A stretch of DNA of 64,000 bases from the human T2T-CHM13v2.0 reference genome, Homo sapiens: NCBI RefSeq assembly GCF_009914755.1, contig NC_060935.1; one strand, written 5' to 3'. The notes beneath the pieces were generated by a model. That model had not been told where the DNA came from. It saw nothing but the letters and a program-made list of their open reading frames with translations, and searched no databases. This document shows positions 12,541 through 26,919 of this stretch, in pieces; the stretch's first letter is position 1, and each line of letters begins with the position of its first letter. Made by a program: the position numbers and the translations under genes.

Positions 12541-12733
12541 TTGTGTTTGCCTGTCTCATCCATCTTTCCTTTCTGCCTCCCAGTCTGTGAGCCCCTTGAG
12601 GTTGGGGTCACCCCTGGCCATCTTATCCCTCATGGCCACCACTGTCCACAGCTCTGCAGGGCACCCACCCAGTATCTGTGGGGTAAGTGAATGCATGAGT
12701 GAACCAATGGTGGTCTTCTACTTCCTTGGGGAG

Positions 12734-13420
<687 letters not shown>

Positions 13421-15977
13421 ACAGGGTGAGGCAGATGGTGGGCGTGGAGCAGGGCACACCGCCATGGGCGAAGAAACAGATTCTTCGTAGAGTGCGGCAC
13501 CCAGTCAGGCACCTGGGAGTTGGTGGCTGAGCTGGGGCAGGACTTGACCTCCTGGACTCACCTCCATCTGGGGGAGGCGGGGCCGGGTGGCAGGCAGCGT
13601 GCACATGGCCCCTGGAGTGGCTGCGAGATGCTGCCCCCAGGAGCATGGGAACACCAGCTGTCAGCACTTGCTCAGCTGCGACCCACACCTGGCGTGTTAC
13701 AGCTGCAGAGGAAAACAGGCCTGATGGGTGTGGCCTCCTCTCCAGCGGCCTCCTGTGCCCAGGACAGGGCACCTCAGGCCTCGGAGGCTCCTCCCCAGCC
13801 CACCCCTTGGGAGCCTGTTGTGCCCGGGGTGGGTGGGGCAGATCTTGCTCGCAGCCAGGCGGCAGCTTATCCCACCAGACACTTCCTCTGCATGGGTCTG
13901 CTTCCTGCAGATCCTGCAGCTCAGCCAGGACCCTCTCCACTGCCGTCCACTGCTCCATGTGGGGGTGGGCCGGAGTCTGGGGCCAAGATGAACCAGACCT
14001 GCGGCCAGGGAGGGCCCTGCTCATTCCCCAGGTTTCCCCGGATGGCACTGGGGTGGGGGGACCCCAGGGGTAGCTGCCTCTTCACCTTGCTCCCCCATGC
14101 ATGGGGCTGCAAGAGCAGGAAGCCCATTCCCAGCACAGTCTACTGCCTGGGGCTGAGCGGCCCATGAGGGACGAGGTCACATTCTACAGAGGCCACATGG
14201 AAAGGACAGGGCTCGCCCTGGGCCTGAGGGGTCACCAGGCTGGCCTTTTCCCAGAGACCCTTGGTAGAGGAGATGGCTCAGGGTGACTCTAGATATGGAG
14301 TCTGAGCCCAGATGTGGGGTCTGGTGCCCTGTTTGTCACTGTCAGGGTTCGAAGTGTGACCTTGGGCAGACAGGACCCCACTTGACCCACTTCCTCCAAC
14401 TGTGCTGAGAGGGAGAATGGGCCTGGGACTCCCTGGGGTCCCTAGGTGGCACTGGAGAGGCCACACTTCATGCTGGCAGGGGCCCCCTGCAGACTCTTAC
14501 TCCAGAAGAGGATGGGTTTAGCCCTGAGCAGGGCTGGGGAGAGGCCTTGGTGCAGTGAGAAGGAAAGCTCCCTGTCCTCACACTGTCTCAGCAGGGACAG
14601 GTGCCAGCAAAGTTGTGAGTCCCTCAGCCCATAGGTGAGAGTGGTGGCCGGCGTGGGCCCCAGGTTTCTGTGTGTGTCCCGGGCTGTGCAGTGTGGCCAG
14701 CAGGTCAGCCCCGCTGTGCAGAGCTGTTCTCAGGGGTGGCCTCCTCCTCCTTGTCCTGTTTGTCCTCACAACAGCAGCTACTTCCCTGGGCCTGGGGCCA
14801 CACAGACGGGCTCCTCGGTCACCCAGGGATAGTCCAGTCACGTCTGCAGAGTCTTTTGGCCAGGTAAGGTCGCACATTCACCATGTGAATTGTGATTAGA
14901 ATGTGGACGTCTGGGGACCATGATTCAGCCAACTGCACACAGGAAGGAGACATAGGGGTAAAGACATCAGGAGAGGATCCCCCAGGGAGGAGTGGGTGTG
15001 GTGGTCCCAGGGACAGCACAGAGTGGGGTGTCAGCACGTCTGGGTGATTTGGGAAGATGAGACATGCTGGGGAGCACCAGAGAGTTAGCTGGGCCCAGAG
15101 CACGCAGCTCCCTCTCCAGGCCCCGGCTTTAAAGGGCCCCCATCTGGCCCTCCCCAGGCGAAGAGCAAGGGGTTCTCAGGCCAGGGACACATGGGCACCG
15201 AGGGCCCAGGCTCCGAGGACCCAGGAAGCGGGCTCCTGGCCTGTGGCCCACGCCTGCCTGCAGTTCCTGCGTCATCCGCGGCTCCCCAACAACCCGCTTG
15301 TTTGTCTGCCCTTCACAGCCAACTCCCCACCCCACCCACTAGATGTCAGTTTGGGGCCCGGAAGCGTGTCCTTTCCAGCTCAAGGTCCTCACACCATGCC
15401 CAGGGCATCTGACTTATGGTGGGCGCGTCTCCATCATTATCTACAGAATGAATGAATGTGTGAATGAATGAATGGGTCTTGGAGCTGCCTATGAGGAAGG
15501 TAATTCCTATCATCACCCCAGCGTACACATGAGGCGACTGGGGTCAGCCCACAACACACAGCTGCAGAGCGGTGAGTCGGGGACACCTGGGTCTAATCTC
15601 GGCTTCACAATGACCCTCGGCTGAAAGCTCTCCGGCCCTTCCTCCAGGGTTGCTGGCTCTGTGCTGAGCCCAGCCCCTTCTCTGAGCAGCTTTGAGCCCA
15701 GAAGCCTCTGCAGGCCCTATCTGGGGTGGCCTCGAGGATCTTGGGGTGGTGTTGGGGGTGGTCTCAAATGGGCCTCAGGCTGGTGCCTGCGGGGCCGTGG
15801 GGAGCATTTGAACATTTCCTCTTCCCTTCCTGGGAAGGGGGTGCCAGGGGTCTGGGGGTCCAGCCAAGGCCCATGCCTTCAGCCCAAAATGGGGCCAGAT
15901 GGGGTTGCCAGGCCTCCAGGAGGCCCTTCTTCCCATTGTCTGGGAGGGATAAGACAGTAACGAACCCATCAGACCCT

Positions 15978-16031
15978 TGCCTTCACCCTCTCGCCTTCAC
16001 CCTCTCGCCTTCACCCTCTCGCCTTCACCCT
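15978..16031. repeat. 14-bp tandem repeat (cgccttcaccctct) x~4
   Basis: Read directly. Confidence 0.95.
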
Positions 16032-16212
16032 GGGGAACTGACAGGCGGGAGAGGGTGAGATGGGGGCTGGTGGCCCAGAGGGGTGAGAGCAGGGTCAGAA
16101 ACTGGCTCTGTGGCAGGGCAGGTCCCTGGGTAGGAGAAGGCAGGGCTTGGAGGCACACACCCGCACACACCAACACACCCAGCACACACAAGAACACACC
16201 CCGAGTGCTCCT

Positions 16213-16645
16213 GCACACACCCACCTGGGAACGCCCACGCCCACTGGGGAACGCACACGCCCACCCAGGAATGCCGACGCCCACCCAGGAATGCCCATGC
16301 CCACCTGTGAACGCACACGCCCACCCGTGAATGCAGTCGCCCACCCAGGAATGCCCACGCCCACCTGTGAACGCACACACCCACCCGTGAACGCACACAC
16401 CCACCCGTGAACACATACGCCCACCCAGGAACATACACGCCCACCCAGGAACGCACACACCCATCTGTGAACGTACACGCCCATCCAGGAACGCACACGC
16501 CCAGTTAGGAATGCAACCGCACACCCGTGAATGCAGACGCCCACCCGTGAACGCAGACGCCCGCCCAGGAATGCACACGCCCACCCGTGAACGCAGACGC
16601 CCACCCAGGAACGCACACGCCCACCCGTGAACGCACATGGCCACC
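16213..16645. repeat. 20-bp minisatellite, ~21 copies (cacgcccaccc[gtg/agg]aacgca)
   Basis: Strict 20-nt period with two interleaved variants. Confidence 0.95.
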
Positions 16646-16904
16646 CCAGGGGGCGACGTGCCCAGCTCTGTTTGGCATGGCATGCAGCTTCTCATCTAGA
16701 GTCAGTCCGAGCTGAAAATGGACCTCTCTGGGAAAAAATCTACTTGATTTAAAAACAGAGAGAACTCAAACGCCAATGCTGTGGGGGGCAGGGGGCTTGG
16801 AGCAGGGGTGAAGAGCCCTGCACCCTGCAGCAGATACCAAGGGCGGCGTCGCACAGACTGTGGGATTAGGTGGCAGAGGCTGTTCCGAGGCTGCTCCGAT
16901 GTGT

Positions 16905-16991
16905 GGGAACTGAGGGGGTTCCCAGGATGTGAGACTTTCAGTGCTGAAACTGGGAAAGTCCTGGGCGAGCCGGGACAAGTCGCTCACCCTA
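16905..16991 (+). mobile_element. MER81 hAT-Blackjack MITE (partial)
   Basis: gagactttcagtgctgaaactgggaaagtcctgggcgagccgggacaagtcgctcaccct. Confidence 0.8.
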
Positions 16992-18432
16992 CTAGAGACA
17001 GTTGGGCGAAGGAGACACATTGGGATCAGTCTCCCATGGCCTTCAAGTGTCAGGGCAGGGGCTGGGGACCTCCCATATAACGAGCAGCCTCAGGAGACTC
17101 CAGGCAGGCAGGAGCGTCGGGGGCTGCGACTCCAGAATGGCCAAGGCTTCTACCGTCCAGCCCCTTTGTAACACAGAGCACCCAACGGGCGCAGCCGCCC
17201 CCATGCCTCACACCTAACCCAGCAGGGGCCACTGTGGACCCCGACTTCCCAGGGCTGGGACCTGCCTGGGGCTACTGACTCAGGTGCCTGATGTCCCATG
17301 TCACGGTGGCTGCCTCCCTCCCAAACGCCCTGCCCATGGGCTTCTCCCTGGAGATGCCAGGGGGTTTGCTTCCCTCGATCACAGGCTCCTGCTCCCCTTC
17401 CAGGCTCCCAGGGAGAAGACCTGCGCTCGGCAGATCTCTAGAAAAGGTCCCATAGAGGTCTGGGCTCAGGGGTCCTTTCAGGGTGGGGCACCTCCTTCTG
17501 TCACCCACACGGCTGGCCGGGTGTCCCGTGCTGGACACACACGAAGGACATGAGCAGCCACGGGTCCACGAAAGAGCCATTTCTACCACAAGCCGGACTG
17601 GGCTTCGCGGAGGTGCCCCGGGGAAACCCATGGGGAGGCACAGCCTGGACTGGACAGGGAGGCAGCCCCCATTCATCAGCTCCTTCCCTGGCACGCATTA
17701 GTTGGTACCTACTGAGTGCAGAGCCCTGGGCCAGGCGGTTCTGGAGGCTGGGATGGTCACGCCCCTGCTCTCTTGAACACTGGAGCTGCTGCTGTCTCTC
17801 CCTGTTTGCTCTCCCTGAGCCGGGACCCCACGCAGCCTGAATTGGGATTGCCCTACTCTGAGCCCTCCCGTTCCTGAGGCCTGAGATTTGGGGCGTCGTG
17901 AAGCCTTGAAGATCCCCTGAGCCCTCCAGAGCTCACACTGCATCTGCTGGCACCCGAGCTATCAGGACCACTGGCCTGGCGAGGGCTATGCTCTCCCTGC
18001 AAGAGCTGGTGGCACAGGGCTTCTGTGTCCTTCCATCCCAACAGGGCCCCTGCCCTCTGCACACAGGCACCGGGTGAGCCCTGGACACAGGGTGCGGGGT
18101 GCACACCCCTGTGGAGCTCAGAACCAGGTTAGGATCATCAGCACCTGGTGTGACAAGGACCACAGTGCCCCTGGGGTTTGGCTTTCACGCCTGTCCGTTT
18201 CAAAGCTCAGTACCGCCACACCTGCCGAGGCTGGTCACTGTGGGACAGGGCATGGCTAAGGACCCTCCTTCCCCGCAGAGGTGGAGACAGCGGATAGCCA
18301 CCCCCTTACTCAGCATCCTCCCTGCCCTTCCCTTTTCATCTTCCCTCAACATTTTAAAGTCAGACACACGAGGTGAACCATTTCTAGCCTCTTTTTTCTC
18401 ATCTGTAAAAGCTGAACAAAAATCCCTCTCCA

Positions 18433-19279
<847 letters not shown>

Positions 19280-19364
19280 TTTCCTTCCTCTTAAAACATG
19301 ACTCAGAAAAAATGAAACTCCTTGGCTGGCACTATCCCTGGAGGGGCTCAGCAAGAGCACTGCA

Positions 19365-19575
19365 GAGGCGGAGTACTGGGGCCAGAGATTGAATTTCTCT
19401 GGCACTGTCATGGAGCTCCCCTGGGTCTCAGTTTCCCTATCCCCAAAGTGAGAATCATCACCGGATGTTGCATTGTGGGTCGTTGAGGAGTCCAAGAGAT
19501 GATAGAGCAGGGACAGCCCTGAGAACAGTGGCTGACATGCAGGTGTTCATATCAGGTACTGATAAAATATTAGCA
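19365..19575 (+). mobile_element. MIR
   Basis: ctgggtctcagtttccctatccccaaagtgagaatcat...gaacagtggctgacatgcagg. Confidence 0.65.
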
Positions 19576-21409
19576 CTTAACTAATAAGGGTCCAGACCGA
19601 GAGGACAGATTCTAACTAGAACCGGCCCCCGTCGCCTTCCCTGTGCCAGGGAGGCCTGTGTGGGGTGCCTTGGCCTTTCCTCTGCTGTCACAACGATCCA
19701 TGGCTGCTGGTACCATGAGGAACCCGACTCCAGGAGGGCCCGGGCACGCAGTGGGCCTCATGGCAGGCCAATCCCCCACCTCCTGGCGCTCCTCTCCCTG
19801 CCTGCATGGCCGGCCCAGGAGCCTCTGCCGGGCGGGTGGCCGGGTGGGCTCCAGCGGAGGCCTCTGCTCCCTGTGTGCCCCATTGAGCACAGACGCCATC
19901 TGTCTCTGCCAGCTTCCCGGCGGCTGCAGGGCGTCTGGTCAGCTCCCTGCACACAGGCTGTGGCTTGTTTGCTGCTGAAGCGGCTCCCTTTGGGGTCTCT
20001 CTATGTCCTGGCCCAGGCTGTCTGAACTGGGAGAGTCAGAGATGTTTCCACCGGTTGGAGCTGTTTGTTTGTCTTTTCAGAGCCCACAAAGGGGCCCTGG
20101 GTGGCTCTGCTTGGAACTTGGGACTATGTGGGGACCAACCTCGGTCAGCTGGGAAGCCAGACCACACTCAGGTCTGCAGACAGGGCCATGGGGTTTGGTC
20201 TCTGCCCTGCCCTGGGGCCGGCCTGGAGTGGCCACTCACTGGCAGTGAGGCGTAGGAAGGCTGGACAGCCAGTGGGCACATTCCTGGGGCAACTTCCCAG
20301 CCTCGTGACCTCCTTGGCTCTCAAAGCAACCTTCTCAGAGCCAGGGCAACCAGAATGCTCCCTCCAGCAGGACCGGGGCCCCCTGGGAGGAGCAGGGAGG
20401 CTTTGCACAGCCAAGCTCACCCCAGTGGCTGGTCGGGCCAGAAGCAGAAGGGCCAGTCAGGATGCCCAATGGTTCTGGCCACTAGTGTGCTCTGGCCTGA
20501 TGGCATCAAGCTTCAGACCCCAAGGAGAGCCACCCAGCGAGGATCAACTGGTGCCAGGGCCGCAGACACCTGGCTGCCATCTTGGAATCTGGAGCTCGCA
20601 AACAACTTCAGGACTTAGTGGCCCCAGCAGCCACAAATGAGAGCCACTGCCCTAGGGGGCAAAAGGGGCTTTGGATTCCTGGCTCGGGACTGCTGTAAAT
20701 GATCCCCATCCAAAACCACCACCAGACTCACTTGTACCAGGAAGTGTACACAAATGCTGCAGGCCCCTGTGGGTGGTTACACAGACAGCGTGGAGGACCA
20801 GGCATGGAACTTTCATTCCAAGTTCCTATAGCCCCAAAGAGTCCAGAACTGGGCTTGGGTCGGGGGGAGCACAGAGCAGACACAACCGTGAGTGGCGCAA
20901 AAGGAAGAGTCCATGGGGAGGGGCGGGGCAGGCCGCTGGGCTTGTGGTGACCACAGCAGCCAGAGAATCCTGTCTGGGAGGCAGAGACCCACGTGCCCAG
21001 GGCACACAGGAGACGTTCTCAGGGCAGCTCCTTGCTGCCTGCCGAGGGCCAAGGTCACTGTCCGCAGGACGAGGCCTTAGTTGCCGGGCACCTCAAACAG
21101 GCCCACCTGCCTGACGGCCCAGGAATCTCAGAGGAGAGCTGCCGTGCTGGGGCCTGAGCACGCTGCAAAGGAGACCACAACAGGAGGATGGAGAGCAGAC
21201 ACGGAGGAGGACAGGCAGGAGACGCCAAAGATGCGTGGCTGGGAATCACACAGGGTCAGGGTTTGTGGTCACATTGCAAGAGGATGAAGGACCACCCAGC
21301 ACAGGCGTTGTATGTGGCCTGTGTCAAAGCCCCAAGGCTCTGTTTTCAAGCAAGCAGATACTCAGGCCACGCCCGGATCGCTGGCTCAGCAGGCCTGACT
21401 CCAGCCGTG

Positions 21410-21720
21410 TTCATCAGTCAGGATAGAGGAAGTCGTGCTGCAGGAACAGAGGATGCCAAATTTCGGTAGCTCCAGACAGCAAAGGCTGATTCCTCACACA
21501 CACAACGTGTACCCCACACACCTGCAGGGGCCTCCCAGATATGCAGAGGGCAGGGGAGCACGGGGAAATCTTGCAATAAGATACTCTGCTTGGGAAATAA
21601 CGCGACTCCTCCCCTTGCAACTCATTGGCCAGCTCCAGTCACATGACTCTCCCGCCAGCAGAGGGACCGGAAGTGCGCCTGCCCCAGGCTCGGAGATGAG
21701 AGCCAGGCGTCCACGGTGAA
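21410..21720 (-). mobile_element. Old MLT1 (J/K-like) LTR fragment
   Basis: tcagtcaggataga...gtgctgcaggaaca; ctcattggccagctccagtcacatgac. Confidence 0.55.
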
Positions 21721-21734
21721 CAGCACCAGAAAGC

Positions 21735-22030
21735 ACCACGGTTTAAGGGCCTGGCCTTTGGGGCAAGTGGACCTGGGCTTGAATCGCAACCCTGGCACTG
21801 ATAGCTGGATGACCCTGACAAGCTGTATCTCCCCTGAACTTCGCGTTCCTTCGCTGGGGTATGAAGACACAGCTTGTCAAGATCATCCAGCTATCAGAGC
21901 CAGGGTTGGGATTCAAGCCCAGGTCCACTCGCCCCAAAGGCCGCCCGTGAGTTGCTGTGAGGACTGAGCAGGAAATGGGCGGAAATGGTTCAGCACAGTG
22001 AGTGCTCAGTGATGCGGTTGTCATTGATAA
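21735..22030 (+). mobile_element. MIR containing an internal inverted duplication
   Basis: gacctgggcttgaatc...agctggatgaccctgacaag 5' part; gttgctgtgaggactgag...agtgctcagt 3' part. Confidence 0.75.
21753..21942. repeat. Inverted repeat, 74-bp arms (69/74 complementary), 42-bp spacer
   Basis: Arm 21753-21826 is the reverse complement of 21869-21942 with 5 mismatches. Confidence 0.95.
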
Positions 22031-23688
22031 TCCATCTGGAAGGGATTGCTTGTCAGTTTCAGGAGACTCAGAGACCACTCCCTCCTCCAGGAAGTCTTCC
22101 AGGCTTTAAGTCTTGGGTGGGAACTCAAACTGTGGGTGAGTTGAATTGGATTTTCCTTTCCACAAGGTGTCTGTCCCCCTGTGACTCTCACTGCCTGTCT
22201 CTCATCATGGGCAGGGACTAGGCTGAATTCCTCTCTGCATCCTAGGACTCTGCTCAGACCCTGTCACAAAGTCGGTTTTGGGAGCTGTTAGATAAATGAA
22301 TGAATGAATGTTTTGAGGACTCAGCACTGAGCATTCCTGGACACGATACCATTGTTCTGAGAGCCAGAGGTTGTCTTGGGCTCCCCTTCCTGGGGGCCAG
22401 TGCTTCATTCACCACCCAAATCCTTGCCACAGTCCCTCCCTCTCCTAGGACTGGGGAGCATGTGGCCACAGCCACCCATCGTTAGCTGGGTTCTATCAGC
22501 TCCACCACATCATAAGTTGGATGTGCCTGGCAAGACTGCATCATAAGAGAGGATGGCCACCTGAGATGGAACACCAGGAGGACTAGCAGGCATGAGCAGG
22601 TGTCCTTGAACCCTGCCTCATTCACCATTGCGGCTCCAGTGTCCCTCAGCTCACATCTAGGGACACATGTAAGCTCGGTAGGGCCAGACGCCAGAGAAGA
22701 AAAAGCTGGAGCATGGCTTATGGATGGTGAGCACAACCTGAGGTGGATAGCTGCTGAACCACAGCTTCGCTCAGTGATGACCTTGAAAGAAACACAAATA
22801 CTTCTGATGGGCAGAGCTTCAGGCAATGCACCTGGCCCTCCGCTGTGTGTGGGAAGAGGAGCAGCCTGAGGTCAAAACACCGGGGCTGAGAGGCAGCAGT
22901 GAATGGCTTGGCCAGCTCATCAGGGGCCCGGAAGGAGAAAGATGAGGGACAAGAGGCCTGGAGCAGAGGTTGATGGATGGGCGTACAGGAGTGGGAATTA
23001 AAGAGGAAGGTCTTTGCGCTCCTTCCAGGAAGCATCTGCCACCAAACAGGCACTGAACAATCAGGTAGGCAAGGTGGTCCAGCCAGCTGTCGTCAGTCAG
23101 TCTCACTGGCCATGCCAGGGCCGGCACCATGGATCACTGGAGAGGGTAGCCGAGATGGCAAGGATGGGCCCTCACTTACTAAGGCTGACCTAGCTACTGT
23201 CTGCTGAATGTCCCCTGTAGAGCCCCTCCCTTGAGGCCAGCTGGCTGCTTGGCCAGTTGGCTATATTCAACTCTTGAAAGATCGGAGATTCATCTGGACT
23301 AAAGTGGACACAAACTTCAGGTCAGAGTTTGTCTTTTCTGTCCCAGGCCGCCAGCGGCACCATCCTTTTGGCTTACTGAGTGTGTGATCCACCAGCCTGG
23401 GAGCCCGCAGAGCCTCAAGTCAGGCTAAGGGACCCACTTCGCAGCAAGGAGGTGTGGGAGTGGGCCGTGACCACGGGGATCTGCTGCACATATCACAAAC
23501 TGTGTGCCTCTCACTGCTGGCTTGGAGGGGCTAGAGACTGGCCTGCCAAACGCACAGCTGTCAGCTGCAGAGGGTCCCCTTGCCTGAGGCCCCATGCTTT
23601 CCTGGGAAGCCTATATCCAATGACAGTAAAAGCAAAAGTTAAAAAAAGAAAACACAAAGTATGCTGTCCTCTGCCACCTAGGGCACCT

Positions 23689-23889
23689 TTGGCATCCGTG
23701 GTCACCCCACCTTGGGCATCTGCAGTCGTCTCACCTTGTGCATCCGTGGTCGTCCCTCGTCCCACCTTGCACATCTGCGGTCGTCTCACCTTGCACATCC
23801 GCTGTCGTCCCAACTTGCGCAGCCGCGGTTGTCCCACCTTGCGCAGCCGCGGTCGTCCCACCTTGTGCATCCGCGGTCGTCTCACCTTG
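23689..23889. repeat. 24-bp CpG-rich minisatellite, ~8 copies (ccaccttgtgcatccgcggtcgtc)
   Basis: Read directly. Confidence 0.92.
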
Positions 23890-25999
23890 AGGTTGAGGAG
23901 GAGGAGATGGAGAGGCCAGATGAGAGCCCTTGACCTAGCTGGGAGCTGTCAGCACCTCTGCCAAAACGCAGGCCTCCTCAAAGAGGACAGTGGTTGCTGT
24001 TCAGGGGATGGAGCCTGGTGTGGTGGCCCCAGCTTTCAGCACACCCAGGAAAAGCTATCGCCTTCCGCTGCCCTAGGTGGCCTGCCCTCTGGGAGGTCTA
24101 AGTGACTAGAGGCCTGTGGATTCTAATTGGAAAAAGGTTGCATTGGGAAAAACAACTTGGGGGCCGCTACTCCTGGGCTGCTCTCAATCCCGTGCCCAGG
24201 GCCCCCTCACAGCCCACCTAAGGGCCAGGCTGTGGGGAAGGAGTGACTGAGAGATGGCAAGAAGGGGATGGAGAGACGGGGTCTCCAACTGTTATCAATG
24301 GGGCCAACAGGCATCCTCCTCCTCCTCCTGCTATAAGAAACCCTGGAGGAGCCTGGGTTCTTTGCCCACAGGTCCTGGGGCCCTTGGTCCTCCTGCATGG
24401 ATTCGTGAGGGAGATTCCTGCTCATCTGGGCCACTCAACAGTGGTCCCTGTTGGGCCAGGGAGTCACTTTGGTGTCTGAAAGTCCCTGTGGGGACAGTTT
24501 ATGCTGAGCCCAGTTGAAGCTTCAGGTTTATTTTCTGCAGAGCACCCCAGTGGGGGCTTTCCTGAAGAGCTGTGGTGCTGACACTCAGATAACAAGCCAT
24601 CATTTATGGCACACTCACCTAAACTGGGCACCGTGGAAGGGGCTTCCCATACTTCCTCCCAACAATCCCATGAACACAACACCAACCCAGACAGGTGGGC
24701 TCTCTGGAGAGTCCAGCTTGCAGAGGGGAAGCTGAGGCCCAAGCCGGCTCAGGTTCTCCCAGTGCTTCCCAGCCAGAAGCAGCATTGCCAGGGCTCGAGG
24801 TTCTGAACCGGGCACTCCAGCTGCCCCTTCCCCATGCCGGAGGGCAGCAGCCTGGCTCCAAGCACCCCTGTGCACTGTTCCTGGGAAGTGGGTTCCAGGG
24901 GTAGCCCCTCACTGTGACATGCCCAGCCTTAATCTTCCTCTGCATTTGCAATGGTGTGTAGATGCCCTGATGTTGAAGCTAAAATGAGCCCCTGTTTTCA
25001 CCAGGAAAAGTTTGAATGTTTCCTTTTTTCCTGTCCTTTCTTCATGCACTTCCTGACGTGTAATCCGAGCAATTGTGCCCTGGAATGGACAAGAGCCTTC
25101 AAGGGAAAGGAGACGCTGTGTTGCTCTGGCAGAGGGAGGTGGCCGGGTCAGGACCAGCCAGGTAACATGTGGGGCCCGGGCACAGTGAAAGGCAGCGCCT
25201 GTTCCAAGATGAGGAGGAATTTCAAGAGTGTAGAGCAGTCCAGGGGCCTTCTGAGCCTCGGAGTCCTGTGCACCTGTACACGATGCTTCCTGCTGGCAAG
25301 TCGCCTGCCCAGAGACCTGGGAACTGTGTGAACTGGGACCCCAGGCAAGCCCTTTTCTCTCTGGCCTCTGTTCCGTGGCTGTGAATAGGAGCGTGGTGGC
25401 TGAGGGTGGGGCAGGGGCTGCCCCCCGGGTTTGCCGACCCCAGCATTAGCCTCACTCCAGGCTTGTCTGGACATGGCAGCTAAATTGGGGGACCTGGCTC
25501 CCAGGAACACCCAGGCCTGGCTTGGCATCTCCTTGTTAGCGAGAATGAGAAAGGCATCCATTGGCTACAGTCATGTGGCACAGGGAGGACAAAGGATGGC
25601 TGATCTGATCTCAAAACTCCCCCATGTGGGTGGCACAGGGGGTCCTAGCCATGTGGCCATGGATGCTCCATTCTCTCTCTGAGCCTCCATTTCCCTGGGG
25701 CTATTGAGGGGAACAGGTGAAATAACAGCCAATATTTAGGAAGTGAGCATGGCTCAATGCTTGCAAACAGAGGGTCTCATCCATTCATTCATTCATTGAG
25801 CACACTGTGTGCAAAAGCCTATGCTGAGGCCCAGAGCCTCAGGCCGAGGTGTCTGGGGCATCACTGACCCCAAACCCGTAGCCAGCTAAGAGGCTTTCCC
25901 CACCGCCACTCCATGCTGCCTGGGCTTCATGGCCTAGGTGACCACAGCAGCTGGCTCACTCTGTGACCCAGCCACTCTCATGTCCTCTAAGGCTGGCCT

Positions 26000-26632
26000 T
26001 CAGGTGTCTGGGCCATCTTCTTCTGCCTCCTTGCCCCCACTCCTAGCTCTTCTCTGATCCCTGCATCCCTGTCCCTGCTCCTGGATCTGGCCCTCCTCTT
26101 CTGTCTATGTCCTGCTGACCATGCCTCCAGGCCTCCCTTCAACCCCTCCTCCGCCATAAGTTGCAGGCCACCGTCAATGCCAGTAGGACAGGACTGGTCC
26201 CCTCCTGAACAAGGAAAGCTCGCCTGCTTGTTTCCAGCCTCATGTTCCTCCCTAGGGCCTCCATGAACCCTTGGCATGTATTAGCCCCTGACATCCTTGG
26301 GACAGAGCCCAGCTCCTCACCCTGGATCAGACCTTCCACCACCCACTGTCCCTTCCTCCCTCTGCTCGGTCAGAAGGACTCACTTGTGGTCCCCAGATGC
26401 ACCAGGTGTTTTCATGCCCCTGGGCCTTTGCACATGCCATTCTTTCAGTCTGGCATGTCCCCCTTTTCTCCTTCCTTCAAACTTCTATCTATCCTGTGGG
26501 CAGCCTGGGCAGATGCAGGAGGTTAGGGATGCGGATGATGACAGCTACATCCCCAGCACCTAGCACAGTGCCTGGCACATGGTAGGTGCTAGGTTAATGT
26601 TTGTGGAATGATGAATGAATGAGTGAATGAGC
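26000..26632 (+). mobile_element. L2 3' fragments
   Basis: gggcctttgcacatgccattc; ccccagcacctagcacagtgcctggcacatggtaggtgct...tgaatgaatga tail. Confidence 0.8.
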
Positions 26633-26919
26633 TTTAACCTCAGATGGGCCTGGGTGCACATTCACTCAGCACTTACTCTGTGATCTTGGATCAGTGATTT
26701 TTTTTCCTCCAGGCCTCAAATTACTCATCAGTAGAACATGGATGGGTGCAGGGCCTCCCTCTCAGGTGGTTGCCTGGTGCTAATCCACTCAGCTCAGGGT
26801 TCCCAGGGCCTAGAACAAAGGAGGTGTTAAATGCATGGAAAAATGACCGAATGAAGCAATTTCCTCTTCCTGGAATCCGCTTTGCTTCACCCCCATATTT
26901 TCCTGTCAAAGTCCCTCTT

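Noticed and set aside
15977-16695. Repetitive ORFs up to 232 aa
   Set aside because: Translation of the 20-bp minisatellite.
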